A stretch of 34,973 nucleotides of DNA, from NCBI GenBank assembly GCA_051294375.1, contig CM119265.1, positions 25,119,866 through 25,154,838 of the forward strand. Reading direction: 5' to 3'. Numbering within the stretch: position 1 is the stretch's first letter; every line of letters begins with the position of its first letter. Under the pieces are notes generated by a model. The model saw nothing but the letters and a program-made list of their open reading frames with translations, was not told the origin of the DNA and ran no database searches. Positions 10,051-22,704 of the stretch are shown one piece after another. Both the position numbers and the translations under genes were made by a program. The DNA comes from Paraspadella gotoi. Taxonomy: Eukaryota; Animalia; Chaetognatha.

Positions 10051-10859
10051 TAGTTCAAACCCGTACAGATATCCTGTAACGTTAAATGGAGGATATTCGC
10101 CATCGACAAATCGTTCCATCGTGGTCACGTTCTGTCGAAAGCATCCCATCGGGCTTCTTATTGCGTCATGTGCATTGTCCATGTGAAAGAAGTCGACACA
10201 GTGTGACTCATCACATTGTTTGCCAAATTTATTGGTTAAATCATCGTGAGACCATCGGCGGGTTCGGGCTCAACGGGTTTAGATTAGTGATGAATGAATT
10301 AATTTTTTTAGTTAGAAACATAAAAAAAAAATTACATGCCGTAAAATAGCCGTAAAAAATAATTATATTTAATTTTCAGCTATTTATGTCAATTTCCATT
10401 CAGATGTGGACAAACATTGAGGGAGTAGTTTGTAATGTGATTATCAAAAAAACATATTCGAAATGTCTTCCGTGTCCCATCCATAAAAACTGCAGCAGCA
10501 GTAAAAGTGGCTGCCGCAGCAAAGCCAACCCCCCCAAAAAAAAAACAACAAAAAACTTCACAATTTGATCGAGATTTCGGATTTTCTTCAAGTCGCCCCC
10601 CCCCCTTGGCCTCCCCCCCACTAAAAAAAAATGGAAGATTGGTTCTCGCGCCATTTTAAAAACAAACAAAACGCCAGCGCCGCCTCTCGGTTGAGAGAAG
10701 AGGGTAAGAATTGAGAGAAAAAAAAGGTAAACAAAGTTTTGAGGAAAGATTTTTTAATCGATTTCAACTCGTTTTTGGGAGAAGAAATAAAACGACTTTT
10801 GTTTATTTATTTTTTGAAGAAAAGAAAAGAAGAGTGGAAGGAGAAGAAAGATGACAGTC

Positions 10860-11261
10860 ACGATGAGATGATGACAATGACAACCATGACGACGATGACG
10901 ACGACGACGACGATGACGACAACGACGACGATGACGACAACGACGACGATGACGACAACGACGACGATGACGACCACGACGATGAAAGAAAACGACAAGG
11001 ACGATGTCGAAGATCGGGACGATTTCAAAGAAAAGAGCGAAGATGACAATGACGACCAGGACGACGTAGAAGACGATGATAAACGCGAAAATGACAAAGA
11101 CGACAATAATGGCAACGAAAGGGACGACGATTATGACGACGTTGATGACGACGACGAGGACGACGACGACGAGGCACAATTCAACAATGATGATGGAAAA
11201 GGCGGAGACTCAGGCGACGACGATGGTGATAACAGTGAGATGGATGGAGGCCCAAAGCCGA

Positions 11262-11309
<48 letters not shown>
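10860..11309 (+). repeat. Degenerate (GAC)n tract
   Basis: Source of the poly-Asp/poly-Thr ORFs in the track. Confidence 0.88.
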
Positions 11310-11311
<2 letters not shown>

Positions 11312-11380
11312 GCCGATATTTCTAGTGGTTTTATGCGACGCGATTCTGAAGCATTTTGAAAAGGGAAAGAAAAATGAAAG

Positions 11381-11428
<48 letters not shown>

Positions 11429-11937
11429 GGTAGCAGTTTCGGGTCGAGAGATGGAGTCGAGAAGGGGGCGAAGGGGAGCAAGGAGTTCGTTTAAGAATTG
11501 GGCGAGTGGAAGCAACGCGCCAGGGGGAGCAAGTAGGACAAGAACACGAGTGGATTGAGCCAGCTGGAGCATGAGAAAGCCAGTCAGGCCAAATAAGTAG
11601 TGAACTCTAGTTTAGCGAGATCGGTATAACACGAGGCTAACTGGAGCAGTGAAGAGATCGTTACAAAAGAGGCCAGGAGTAGTGAAAGGTGATGAATTAG
11701 GAAACATGAGTAGAGCGAGTATTTCAGAGGAGCTAGAAGAAGCCGAGTACAGAAGGGACGAAGGGAAAGCTAATGCGAAGGGGGCTAAGTGGAGGTACAA
11801 GGGGGTGCGAGTACGTAAGCGGCCAACTGGAGCGAAGGGGGAGGGTGGAGATGGAGGGGGTGTCGAAGTCGACGAGAACAGCAAGAAGCAAATGACTTGA
11901 ATGATTTGGTCTCAGCAGGCGACGTTTCTCCGTTTCG

Positions 11938-12287
11938 GTCGTCGTCGTCGTCGTCTTTGCTGTCATCGTCGTCGTCATCTTCGTCGTCGTCGGCGTTGCT
12001 GTCGTCGTCCTCGTCGTCATCGTCGTCGTCGTTGTCCTCTTCGTCGTCGCTGTCGTTGTCGTCGTCGTCTTCGTCGTCGTCAATGTCTTTGTCTTTTTCG
12101 TAGTCGTCGTCTTCGTCATCTTCGTCGTAGTCACCGTCGTTGTTTTCGTCGTCGTCTGTATCGTCTTCGTCGTCGACGTCGTTTTCTTCGTCGTCTTCGT
12201 CGTCGACAATATGGCGACCGCCGCTGAATTGTAATCGGGCAATTTACTTCGCCTCAGACTTTTCGAAACCCATTTAACATTTATGCT

Positions 12288-12328
<41 letters not shown>

Positions 12329-12333
12329 TATCG
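11938..12333 (-). repeat. Degenerate (GTC)n tracts, inverted relative to 10860-11309
   Basis: Direct reading. Confidence 0.88.
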
Positions 12334-12882
12334 TTTTCTGGTTTTTTTCCAGAAAATATTTGAGGTTACGTAGAAGTTCAAAAACATCAAGCTGAGCTGA
12401 GTTGCCATGGAGATATCGTGTGGCACCGTCGCTCTCTACGATAAAGCGAGAAACGTTTTTTGGTACATATTGATATTGCCCTGGTTAAATACGTATATAC
12501 TGTTTATTAAACTGATCTCAAATCTACATACATGATCAGAGTTTCTATGTTGTTGTCGCGTTTCCCACCGTGATAACGACGATTCCACTGCATTTAGCAA
12601 CTGCCATCAATACTGGAACCGCAATGGATCTGGAAACCTAAATTGCTCCTGGAACCGCTTTCCTTCATTAAGTCTCACGTCAGCGGTTTTTTTTCTTTTT
12701 CGTCTGCGTTGCCATTTTTTTTTGGTTTTTTTTTTNNNNNNNNNNNNNNNNNNNNNNNNNNNNNNNNNNNNNNNNNNNNNNNNNNNNNNNNNNNNNNNNN
12801 NNNNNNNNNNNNNNNNNNNNNNNNNNNNNNNNNNNNNNNNNNNNNNNNNNNNNNNNNNNNNNNNNNNNNNNNNNNNNNNNNN

Positions 12883-12964
12883 TGAGGGGAAAGGTTTCTG
12901 AGGGGAAAGGTTTCTGAGGGGAGGGGTTTCTGAGGGGAAAGGTTTCTGAGGGGAAAGGTTTCTG
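12883..12964. repeat. 16-bp minisatellite (TTTCTGAGGGGAAAGG)n
   Basis: Tandem units next to the gap, at the duplication junction. Confidence 0.92.
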
Positions 12965-13572
12965 GAAAGAGGACCTTCTAATTAACGTGTATTTTTGACA
13001 TATACAGCATCGGGAAACGTCTTTTATTCTTGATATTCTTTTAAAAAACAAAAGGTTGGCTGCAGTCTCTTAGATTTTGAGGTTTCTTCCCGCTAAGCAA
13101 AAATGACAAAGGAACAACCAAATAAATAGGGCAGTGAATTTTTGGGTTAGATTTGTAGATTTGTAGGGTGATCACGTGACTTTAAAGTTTACAAGTATTA
13201 TATATAGCACATTAAAGGTCTTACGGTGCCTTACCCTCTTACCAAATATGAATTAATTGATAAAGCATTAAGCAAGTTATAAATATTTTTAACATAAGTG
13301 ACAGATCGATGGACAGACATACCAACCAACTATCTGACAGACCGACGAGAAAAGTGACTTATAAGTTTAAATAGTAATGAGATATTTATTAGCTTTTGTT
13401 TAAAATTTTCAAACTGCTCCAACCATCCAAAAAGAGTTTTGGGGATTAATGCCTCAGGTGGGACGGACAGACAGACGGACAGACGGACTCATGTTTAATT
13501 ATCTATGTACCGTGCATTTTGTATAAATTACTAATTAAAAGTCATTCACAAACCATTCATACATATATTTAG

Positions 13573-15198
13573 GCTCAAACAGAAGGAAAAGGAATATTCA
13601 CAAACTTAAAAAGGATTCCGGCGAGTCGTTCGCAATAAACAGTGCACGAGCAATCTTTGCAACACACCGATCAATGAACAAGAAGTCTGCCGGGCTGATG
13701 GTGCCGTCGTTATTGTCGTCCTTCTAGATGTTCTCATCATCATCGCAGCATCGTATTAATATTTCCTTGGTAAACACTTTCTTATTATTTTTAATGAAAT
13801 AGTAATATGTTAATCGGTATTACTATATGGTATTATTTTTAAACTTAGATCTAAACTTCTGGACTAACCTTAGCGATAGAACTTGTTATTTAGTAAATAG
13901 CGAAAAAGGCGTATTCTAACCAATTGATTACTTTCTAAGGCGTTGTTTTCATTTTGTTCAATTTTTTTTTTTCCGAAAAAATGAAGAGAAGAAAAATATT
14001 AAAAAATGAACGTTAAAAAATTAAAATTTAAAAGTTAAAAAAAAACAAAAAAAAAAACAAAAACTAACCTTAAAACATAGCTTAGGAGCCGACGGCGTTC
14101 TTAGAGATCGAGGTGGAGATTTTCGTTCAAATCTGACGACCACATTTTTTTTTCTCTTGTCAAATCATCAACATCTTGATATCAAACAAGCCAGAACAAA
14201 TAGACTGCTTCTGGACGAAAAAATTTTCTATCTCTGATTATATAGAAATGAAAGGATTTTTTCCTAGAAAATGATATAAACATGACTGAGGTATGTTCCT
14301 GTTCAACAATGAGGTCCAATTTTGGAATCCCTTTGCAAAGTGTCTGAAGGGCACTCAAATTTTTCTTTACTTTATTTAGTTATTTTAATATATACAATCA
14401 TGGTAAAGTGAATTAGTCCATTTGGTGAAATTTTTATTTAAGTAAAAGTAAAAGAGGAGCTGACGATCGAAATTCTAAGAGTTTTCAACCGGAGTCAGAT
14501 TCGGGAAAAATCCTTCTATTTGGCAAAAAATCTTCCAAAAAAAGGGTGGATTTCCGAAGATTTTTGGTTAAATATTTTGTATATTTTGGTCGGATTTTTT
14601 TAAAAATTAATATTAACAATATTTGCCATCATTTACCTTGGCCGGTATAAGAATATATTAAAAAAAACCTCTGGCTTTGTTCGTCAGAGCTTAGTCCTAA
14701 TAAGCTAGAAAGGGTCAGGCTCTCTTTTCTTCTCCTTCAGGCAAAATAACGGCTGATTTAGCAAGAAAGAAGGAAGGCGGTGAGGATAATGCCAACGCAA
14801 ACGCCAGTAAGAACTTTTTTCTCAAGACTGAGAGCTGAGGTGGAGCTGCCGACAAAACCAACTCAGAGTTCTTTGAATCAAAACAAGAACGGGATTGAGG
14901 GAAACCAAAGCTCCGCCGTTGCTGAGGAGTCGAAGAACGCACCCCGATGACGGCAAATGTTCCTTTATGGGGGAAATTGATTCTAGGATGGGACAAGGCC
15001 TTGACCGGACAAGTCCAAATTGTGGCGGGACATGATCCTAGAATGGAACAAGGCCCTTTGACCGGGACATGGCCCGGATAGGCGCGGACTTGAACCGAGG
15101 ATGGGACAAGGCCCTTGACCAGACACGGCCCGATGATGGAACACAGCCCAGCGAAACCAGGGCAAGGCCGGTTAGAGGAAGCGGAGGGTCAGCCATAA
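13573..15198 (+). pseudogene. Partial duplicate of the membrane-protein gene (exon 3 at 13573-13769, exon 4 at 14741-15198), frameshifted, lacking exons 1-2
   Basis: Same exon and splice-site sequences as 4930-5126 and 6102-6553 with many 1-nt indels. These may be sequencing errors rather than true decay. Confidence 0.6.
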
Positions 15199-15677
15199 AT
15201 GGATTGTGAAGCGAGTTCGAGAGTTAAGAAAAAATTAAGAAGTCCTGGAAATTTTTTTTTTTTTTTTTGAAATCGCTTTTGGCCCCACGATGAAAGATCA
15301 ACTCGAACATCATTCAATTTGCCTCCATTCAAACTAATTATACTAATGTTATAGTTTTCATTTGATTACAATATTTTCATATGTGCCTTAAATTGGTGAA
15401 TATTTTGTATTACATGAGGATATGATTTCGTGCGGTAGAAATGTGGAGTGAAAATCGTTTTTTAGTGAAAATGAGGGTCACTTTTACAATTTTATTAAAA
15501 AAAAATTTTTTTTTTTTAATGTTCATCCAAGTCGTTTGATATCCTTCTATGGAGAAGGGGCTAAGTGTGCCTGAAGAGGGGATATGGAGATGAGGGGAGG
15601 GGAGGAAGGGAGGAGGAGGAGAGGGAGGAGGAGGAGAGCGAAGAGAGAGAGAGAGAGAGGGAGAGAGAGAGGAGGAG

Positions 15678-15713
<36 letters not shown>

Positions 15714-16547
15714 GAGGAAAGAAAAAAAACGAACCGGAAAAAAAAAAGTGGAATGCCAGTTTTTTTGAAGTGATCCTTGAAGACAGATTGTCGTCGGTGA
15801 AGTGAAAAGAATCGGATTATTCCACAAATCAGTTTTCACAATCTCCTCTTCTTTGCCTTTCACTTTGGGGAATTTTCTTCTTTTTTTTTGAGAGAGAGAG
15901 AAAAAACATCTTTCTTCTTAGGAAAATCTTTCGTTGACAGACAGAGACGGATGTACAGACGGACCGGACGGACTGACAGAAAAATAAGTTGAATTGAATC
16001 GTTGGAGGAAAACGAATTTGTGAGAGACTGAGGGACAAGAGATGAAAGAGACGTTCAAAGTCTGTGACAGATCGATTCACATCACAACTTTGATGACAGC
16101 AAACAACGCCGGATCTGCGCGCGGGGCATTTAGCGAGTAAGAACGAATCAGATAATAAGTTATGGTTATATATTCAATTTCTTTTTTATTTTTATTTTAC
16201 AATTTTTATATTTCAACCTTTTTTTTTGTTGGTAGTTGTTTTTAATTCTGGTGATAATACAGATAATACAGGACGGACGGACAGACTGACATACAGGACG
16301 GAAATCATTTGTTTGGCGTAATTAGTAGAATTTGAATATAACTAATTTGACATAATCTAAGTGATTTACCGACAAGATTTTTGGAGTGGGACCGACTGAC
16401 CGGACAAAGGAATAATGGAGTCGGAGACGGAGTCTTGCTGTAAACAGATTCGGCAGAAAACCAATTCGAAAATTTGGATTGTGGAAAGTCGAAAGTGAAA
16501 GATTTCTTTCTTTCTTTCTTTCTTCTTTCTTTCTTTCTTTCTTCTTT

Positions 16548-16583
<36 letters not shown>

Positions 16584-17052
16584 GTCTTTCTTTTCTCTCT
16601 CCTCTCTCTCTCTCTCTCTCATTAAAATTCGATCTCCCTTTAAACGTTCGAAACGGGGTGAAGAAATGTGTCAGGGCGAGACGAAGCGCGAAGTGGTAAG
16701 GGTTTCGAGCTGACGAGGTAAGTTTCACGCCGAGAATCCGTCAAGGAGAGGAAAAGGTGAGTTAAAGAGAGAGAGTAAAAAGTTTTAGGTGTTCACTTTT
16801 TTTAAGATCACTCTCAAAAATGTATTATTGTAAAATTTGACAAAGGGGAGATGAGACAGATTCATAAGAAAAATATGTTAATAATAATATTTGTTTCATT
16901 TATGATTTTCCACTTCATTTTTTATTTCTGACTTGACAGAAAGCTTATTCTTTCTATTCTATTCTATTCTATTATATTCTATTATTTCTTTCCTCTTTCT
17001 TTTCTTTACGTTTCTTTCTTTTTTTATTTTAAGTTAATTTATTTTATTTACT

Positions 17053-17087
<35 letters not shown>

Positions 17088-18356
17088 TTTTTTATTTTTT
17101 TATTATTTTATTTTTATTTATTTATTTATTTCTTTCTTTCTTTCTTTCCTTTCTTTCTTTCTTTCTTTCTTTCTTTTTCTTTTTTATCTATCTTCTTTTT
17201 TTCTTTCTTTCTTTCCCGAAACGAATCCACGTCCCCCCATAAACGTGCAGTTAAAAACGGAGACCTCGCAAACATAACAGAATCAATTGTGCGAATTATT
17301 TTCTTTCGGAATTTCTCTCACGTCGCCCCCCCCACGGAAAAAAAAGGTAAAAAAGAGTAAAAAGAGAGAGTCGTGCTAAAAATAGAACAAGTTACTCGGG
17401 TGCATAAAAAAAGTAAAGAAAGTTGCTCTGGGCTTTCAAGAGAACAAAAATTCTGCTGCTTTATTTTAAATACGTTAAACTAAATGTTGTATTAATTTAT
17501 TTGGTTTTTAATCAAAAAGACTATACGCGCAGGAAATGATTTAAGCTCGGTAAAAAAAAACTAATCCTCAGTCTTTGCGAGACTTTGTCTCATTAAAAAG
17601 AATTAAATAAAAAATCAAAAAACAAAAGAAAACAAAAAAAAGCTGAAATCAGGTCGGGTAAACTAGAGTCGAGTTTCAGAATAACAAATGAAACAAATTC
17701 CCATTAAATTTAAAAAGGAAAACACAGAAAAAAAAATAATAAAAAAAAAAAGATGAGAGAAAATTCCATTTAGGACCGAAAGAAAAATTCCATTAAAAAC
17801 GTCCTTGAGATGAAGCGGCGCGGGGCGTTTCGGTCCGTTGACCACCCTTAGGGCTCTCGGGCATTTGCAGACCCGGAGATATTCCACTGTTTACGACCGT
17901 CAGCAGCCTTTGTTTGAGAGGCAACCATCTGCTTTTCTGTTTGCAATTGATCAAGGCATTCTTCGATCGACCGATGAATCTTGACCGAAAATACGTAGTA
18001 TTGTAAAAATACAAATTAAAAAAAATAAATGAGATAATAAGTCAAAATACTAAAACAATTTATATCTTTCTTTTTTTAAATATTATATTTTTTTAATTCA
18101 TCACGCGATAAATCTTTTGAGGACCGAAATACAACTCTTTTTTTTTAGTAAGAATCGAGTTTAAGATAAAATTATGCTAATGATTTTGATTTGAATAAAA
18201 TATTCTACTCACATTACAACCTTCAGTCGATTACAATTCCCAAACACTTTCTGCTGTTTCGAGTAGCCAAAAAACTGTTAATTCTTGAAACTTTAGTTGT
18301 TCCTTTCGACCTTCTTTTTTAAAGACATTACGCTCACTCTCTCTCTCTCTCTTCTC

Positions 18357-18407
<51 letters not shown>

Positions 18408-18638
18408 GCTTTTTCAAGGCGGCGCATTCCTTTAGAAAAAGAAGAAGCACCTTTTTTCCCCCTTTTTTTTTATTCTGAGAAGAAAAGGGAGAATTTATTT
18501 AAAATTGTTTTCTTTCTATTATCTTATTATTTCAATATTAGTACATAAAAATATATCATTATATAATCAGTTAATTCAGACGTTCAAAGTGACTCTTTTT
18601 AAGGTTGCTCCCCGCTGGCCAATCCCAAGCCTACATAG

Positions 18639-18899
18639 GGAGAGCTTTGGAGATCTTTGGAGAGGTTGGAGAGGTCTGGAGAGGTCTGGAGAGGTCTGGG
18701 TGGTCTGGAAGAGGTCTGGAGAGCCGTCTGGATGGTTCTGGAGACGATTCTGGAGTGGTTTAGATGACTGGGAGTGGTCTGGATGAGGTCTTGGAGAGGT
18801 CTGAGTGGTCTGGAGAGGTCTGGAGATGTCTGGAGTGGTCTGGAGAGGTTCTGGAGAGGTCTGGAGTGGTCTGGAGAGGTTTGGAGAGCGTTTTGGAGT
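18639..18899. repeat. 10-bp minisatellite (GGTCTGGAGA)n, longer version in copy 2
   Basis: Roughly twice the length of 9918-10050 between the same flanks. Confidence 0.9.
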
Positions 18900-20182
18900 A
18901 GTTCAAAACCCGCTACAAGATTATCCTGTAAGTTAAATGGAGGATATTCGCCATCGCACAAATCGTTCCATCAGTTGGTCACGTTCTGTGAAGCATCCCA
19001 TCGGGCTTCTTATTGCGTATGTGCATGTGTCCATGTGAAAGAAGTCGACACAGTGGTGACTTCATCACATTGTTGCCAACAATTTATTGGTTAAATCATC
19101 GTGAGGACCATCGGCGGGTTCGGGCTCCAACGGGTTTTAGATTACCCTCATGAATAATTAATTTTCTTTAGTTAGAAAGCATAAAAAAAAAATTATCATG
19201 CCGTAAAAATAGCCGTAAAAAATTCAATTTATATTTTAATTTTCAGCTATTTATGTCAATTTCCATTAGATTGTGGACCAAAACATTGAGGGAGTAGTTT
19301 GGTATGTTTGATTATCAAAAAAACATTATTCGAAATGTTCTTCCGTGTCCCATCCATTAAAAAACTGCAGCAGCAGTAAAAGTTGGCTGGCCGCAGCAAA
19401 GCCAAACCCCCCCCAAAAAAAAAACCAACAAAAAACTCACCAACTTGATCGACGATTTTCGGATTTTCTTCAAGTCGGGCCTGTCCACCCCCCCCCCTGG
19501 CCTCCCCCCCCACTTAAAAAAAAATGGAGATTGGTTTCGGTCGGCGCAATTTAAAAACAAACAAAACGCCAGCGCCGCCTCTCGGTTGAGAGAAGAGGGT
19601 AAGAATATGAGAGAAAAAAAAACGGTAAAACAAAGTTTTGAGGAAAGATTTTTAATCCGATTTTCAACTTTCGTTTTTGGGAGAAGAATAAAACGACTTT
19701 TGTTTATTTAATTTTTTTTGAAGAAAAGAAAGAAGAGTGGAAGGAGAGGAAAGATTGACAGTCACGATGGAGGATGATGACAATGGACAACCATGACGAA
19801 CGATGCACGACGACGACGACGATGCACGACAACGACGACGATGACGACAACGACGACGATGACGACAACGACGACACGATGACGACCACGGACGATGAAG
19901 AAAACGACAAGCGACAGATGTCGAAGATCGGGACGATTTCAAAGAAAAGAGCGAATATTGCACAATGACGAACCAGGACGCACGTAAGAAGCACGATTGA
20001 TAAACGAGAATGCGACCAGACGACAATAAAATGAGCAACGAAAGGGACGACGATTATGACGACGTGTGATGACGACGACGCACGACGAGGCACGAATTCA
20101 ACATGATGAAGCGAAAAGGCGCGAGAACTCAGGCGACGACGATAGGTCGATAACAGTGAGATGGAATGGAGGCCCAAACCGA

Positions 20183-20237
<55 letters not shown>

Positions 20238-21589
20238 GTGCCGATTATTTCTAGTGGTATTTATGACGAATCGCTCTCTGAAGCATTTTAGAAAAGGGAA
20301 AGGAAAAAATGGAGAGATCGAGAGAGAGAGAGAGAGACTGAGAGAGAGAGATAAAGAGAGAGAGAGAAGAGAAGAGAGATGAGAGAGAGAGAGACCGCGC
20401 TTTGTTCTCGTGGTCGATGAGATGAGTCGGAGAAGGGGCGAAGGGCGAGCAAGGAGTTCGTTTAAGAATTGGGCGAGTGGAAGCAACGCGCCGGGGGAAA
20501 GCAAAGTAGGACAAGAACACGAGTGGATTGAGCCAGCTGGAGCATGAGGAAAAGCCACGTCAGGCCAAATAAGTCGTGAACTCTTAGTTTAGCCGATAGG
20601 ATCGGTACTAACACGCAGGCTAACTGAGCAGTGAAGAGATCTCTCTTACAAAAAGAGCCAGGATGTAGTGAAAAGGTGATGAAAAATTAGGAAACATGAG
20701 TAGAATGCGAGTATTTCAGAGGAGCATAGACAGAAGCGGAGTACAGAAGCGGACGAAGGGAAAGCTACATGCGGAAGGGGGCTAAATTGGAGGTACAAGG
20801 GGCGATGCGAGTACCGTAAAGCGGCCAACTGACGGAGCGAAGGGGAGGTGGAGATGGAGGGGGTGTCGAAGTCGCGAGAACAGCAAGAAGCGCAAATGAC
20901 TTGAAGATTTGGTCTCAGCAGGCGACGTTTCTCCGTTTCCGGTCGTCGTCGTCGTCGTCTTTGCTGTCACTCGTCGTCATCTTCGTCGTCGTCGGCGTTG
21001 CTGTCGTCGTCTTCGTCGTCCATCAGTCGTTCGTATTCGTTGTTCCTCTTCGTCGTCGCTGTCGTTGTCGTCGTCGTCTTCGTCGTTCGTCAATGTCTTT
21101 GTCTTTTTCGTAGTCGTCGTCTTCGTCATCTTCGTCGTAGTCACCTCGTTGTTTTCGTCGGTCGTCCTGTATCGTCTTCGTCGTCGACGTCGTTTTCTTT
21201 CGTCGTCTTTCGTCGTCGACTAATATGGCGACCGCCGCCTGAATTGTTAATCGGGCAATTTACTTCGCCTCAGACTTTTCGAAACCCATTTAACATTTAG
21301 CTGTCGTCGTCGTCGTTCGTGTCCGTCGTTCGTCGTCGTCGTCGTCGTTATTCTGTTTTCTGGTTTTTTTCCAGAAAATATTTGAGGTTACGTAGGAAGG
21401 TTCAAAAACATCTAAGCTGAAGCTGAGTTGCCATGGGAACGATATCGTGTGGGCACCGTCGCTCTCTACGATTAAAGCCGAGAAACGTTTTTTGGGTACA
21501 TATTGATATTGCCCTGGTTAAAATACGATATATTATGGCAAACAGCAGGCGTTAGCCTGTGATGCCCATTTGGGATGGGGCATCTCACT

Positions 21590-21675
21590 GTTGGCTTTGG
21601 GGGCTTCCGACCCTCAGTGACGCAATCCAGTCACTGGCGCTGGTTACCCGTAGGACCCGGTCTCGCTTTGCCAAC
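21590..21675 (-). ncRNA. Twister-ribozyme-like motif, P5-type (family B, 3' LTR)
   Basis: Minus: GUUGGC AAA GCGA GA CCG GGU CC UACG GG UAA CCAGC GC C AGUGAC UGGAUUGC GUCACU GA GGG U CGG AA GC CCC CAAA GCCAAC. P5, P3, P4, T1 (CGG/CCG) and T2 pair. Predicted cut 21646/21645. Confidence 0.72.
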
Positions 21676-22018
21676 GCAGAGGAAGTCATTAGCGACTGTG
21701 AGATGGAACACTACGCCTGGATGGTGTGTTCCCCCTCTGAGCCAATGGATTTAGCGCTAACGCATGCTGTGGACGTGACGGCGGTAGTGAAATATACCAC
21801 CAACAGGATCCCCGGACCAAGACATCACCTCAGGTTCCTCAAGCCTGAGAGGGTCTGACAGACTGTCACCATAGTGGGAAGAGAGAGAGCAGAGCGCTTC
21901 GAGTTGTGGGGCGCATAGGCGTTTGTACGTAAGCGTACCCCAGGGGCATAGGCGTTTGTCGTAGGCGTACCCGATTTTACGATCGGCAGGGACCATCGCG
22001 TTTGCGTAGCGTACCCTG

Positions 22019-22053
22019 AGAAGGTGCGTGTTCGATAGATAGAGGCTTCACCA
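22019..22053 (-). promoter_or_regulatory. Degenerate tRNA-Trp-type PBS with similarity extending into the T-arm
   Basis: Plus strand AGAAGGTGCGTGTTCGA...TTCACCA resembles the tRNA-Trp 3' half AGAAGGTTGCGTGTTCRAATCACGTCGGGGTCACCA. It lies 1 nt from the LTR. Confidence 0.6.
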
Positions 22054-22105
22054 CTTATGCAACAGCAGGGTTGCTGTCGATGCCCATTGGGATGGGCATC
22101 TCACT

Positions 22106-22197
22106 GTTGGCTTTGGGGCGCTTCAAACACCTCAGTGACGACACTCCAAGTCACTTGGCGCGACGTTACCCTAGGACCGGTCTCGCACTTTGCCAAC
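22106..22197 (-). ncRNA. Twister-ribozyme-like motif (family B, 5' LTR; noisy)
   Basis: Same layout, with P2 UCGC/GCGA, P3 AGUGAC/GUCACU and P5 GUUGGC/GCCAAC. P4 and its loop are corrupted by errors or mutation. Predicted cut 22168/22167. Confidence 0.55.
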
Positions 22198-22704
22198 GCA
22201 GACGGGAAGTCATATAGGACTGTGGATGGCAACACTACGCTGGGATGGTGCTGTTCCCCCTCTGAGCCAATGGATTTTAGGACTGAACGATGGTGGACGT
22301 GAGGCGTGTTTGGAATATACCACCACAAATATACTGGTTTTATTAAACTGATCTCAAATCTACATACATGATCAGTAGTTTCTATGTTGTTGTTCGCCGC
22401 TTTCCCACCGTTTGATAAACGACGATTTCCACTGCATTTAGCAAACTGCCATCAATACTTGGAACCGCAATGGATCTGGAAACTAAAATTGCTCCTGGAA
22501 CCGCTTCCTTCATTAAGTCTCACGTCAGCGGTTTTTTCTTTTTTCGTCTGCGTTGCCATTTTTTTGGTTTTTTTAAAGCGTTTTTGTTTTTTTTTTGCGT
22601 TTTTTGTGTTTTTTTTGTTTTTTGCCACGATTTCTCAGCTTTCTCCCAGGATATTGTTTCGCCCAACTTGAAAACCCGCGGGCGTTCGGGCAGGCGGGGA
22701 TAAG

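Larger units (their letters stand above)
21533..22327 (-). mobile_element. Family B non-autonomous LTR mini-element (~795 bp), present in duplicate copy 2 only
   Basis: Direct repeats 21533-21805 and 22055-22327 flank a 249-bp core. ATATA flanks both sides (21528-21532, 22329-22333) and occurs once at the empty site 12495-12499. The LTRs begin TG on the minus strand. No clear PPT. Confidence 0.85.

Noticed and set aside
10739-11359. Asp-rich biomineralisation-type protein
   Set aside because: No signal peptide or splice structure, and it switches from a poly-Thr to a poly-Asp frame as expected for a decayed (GAC)n.
21559-22328. ORFs within the family B element
   Set aside because: Frames differ between the two LTRs, and there are no gag, RT or integrase motifs.
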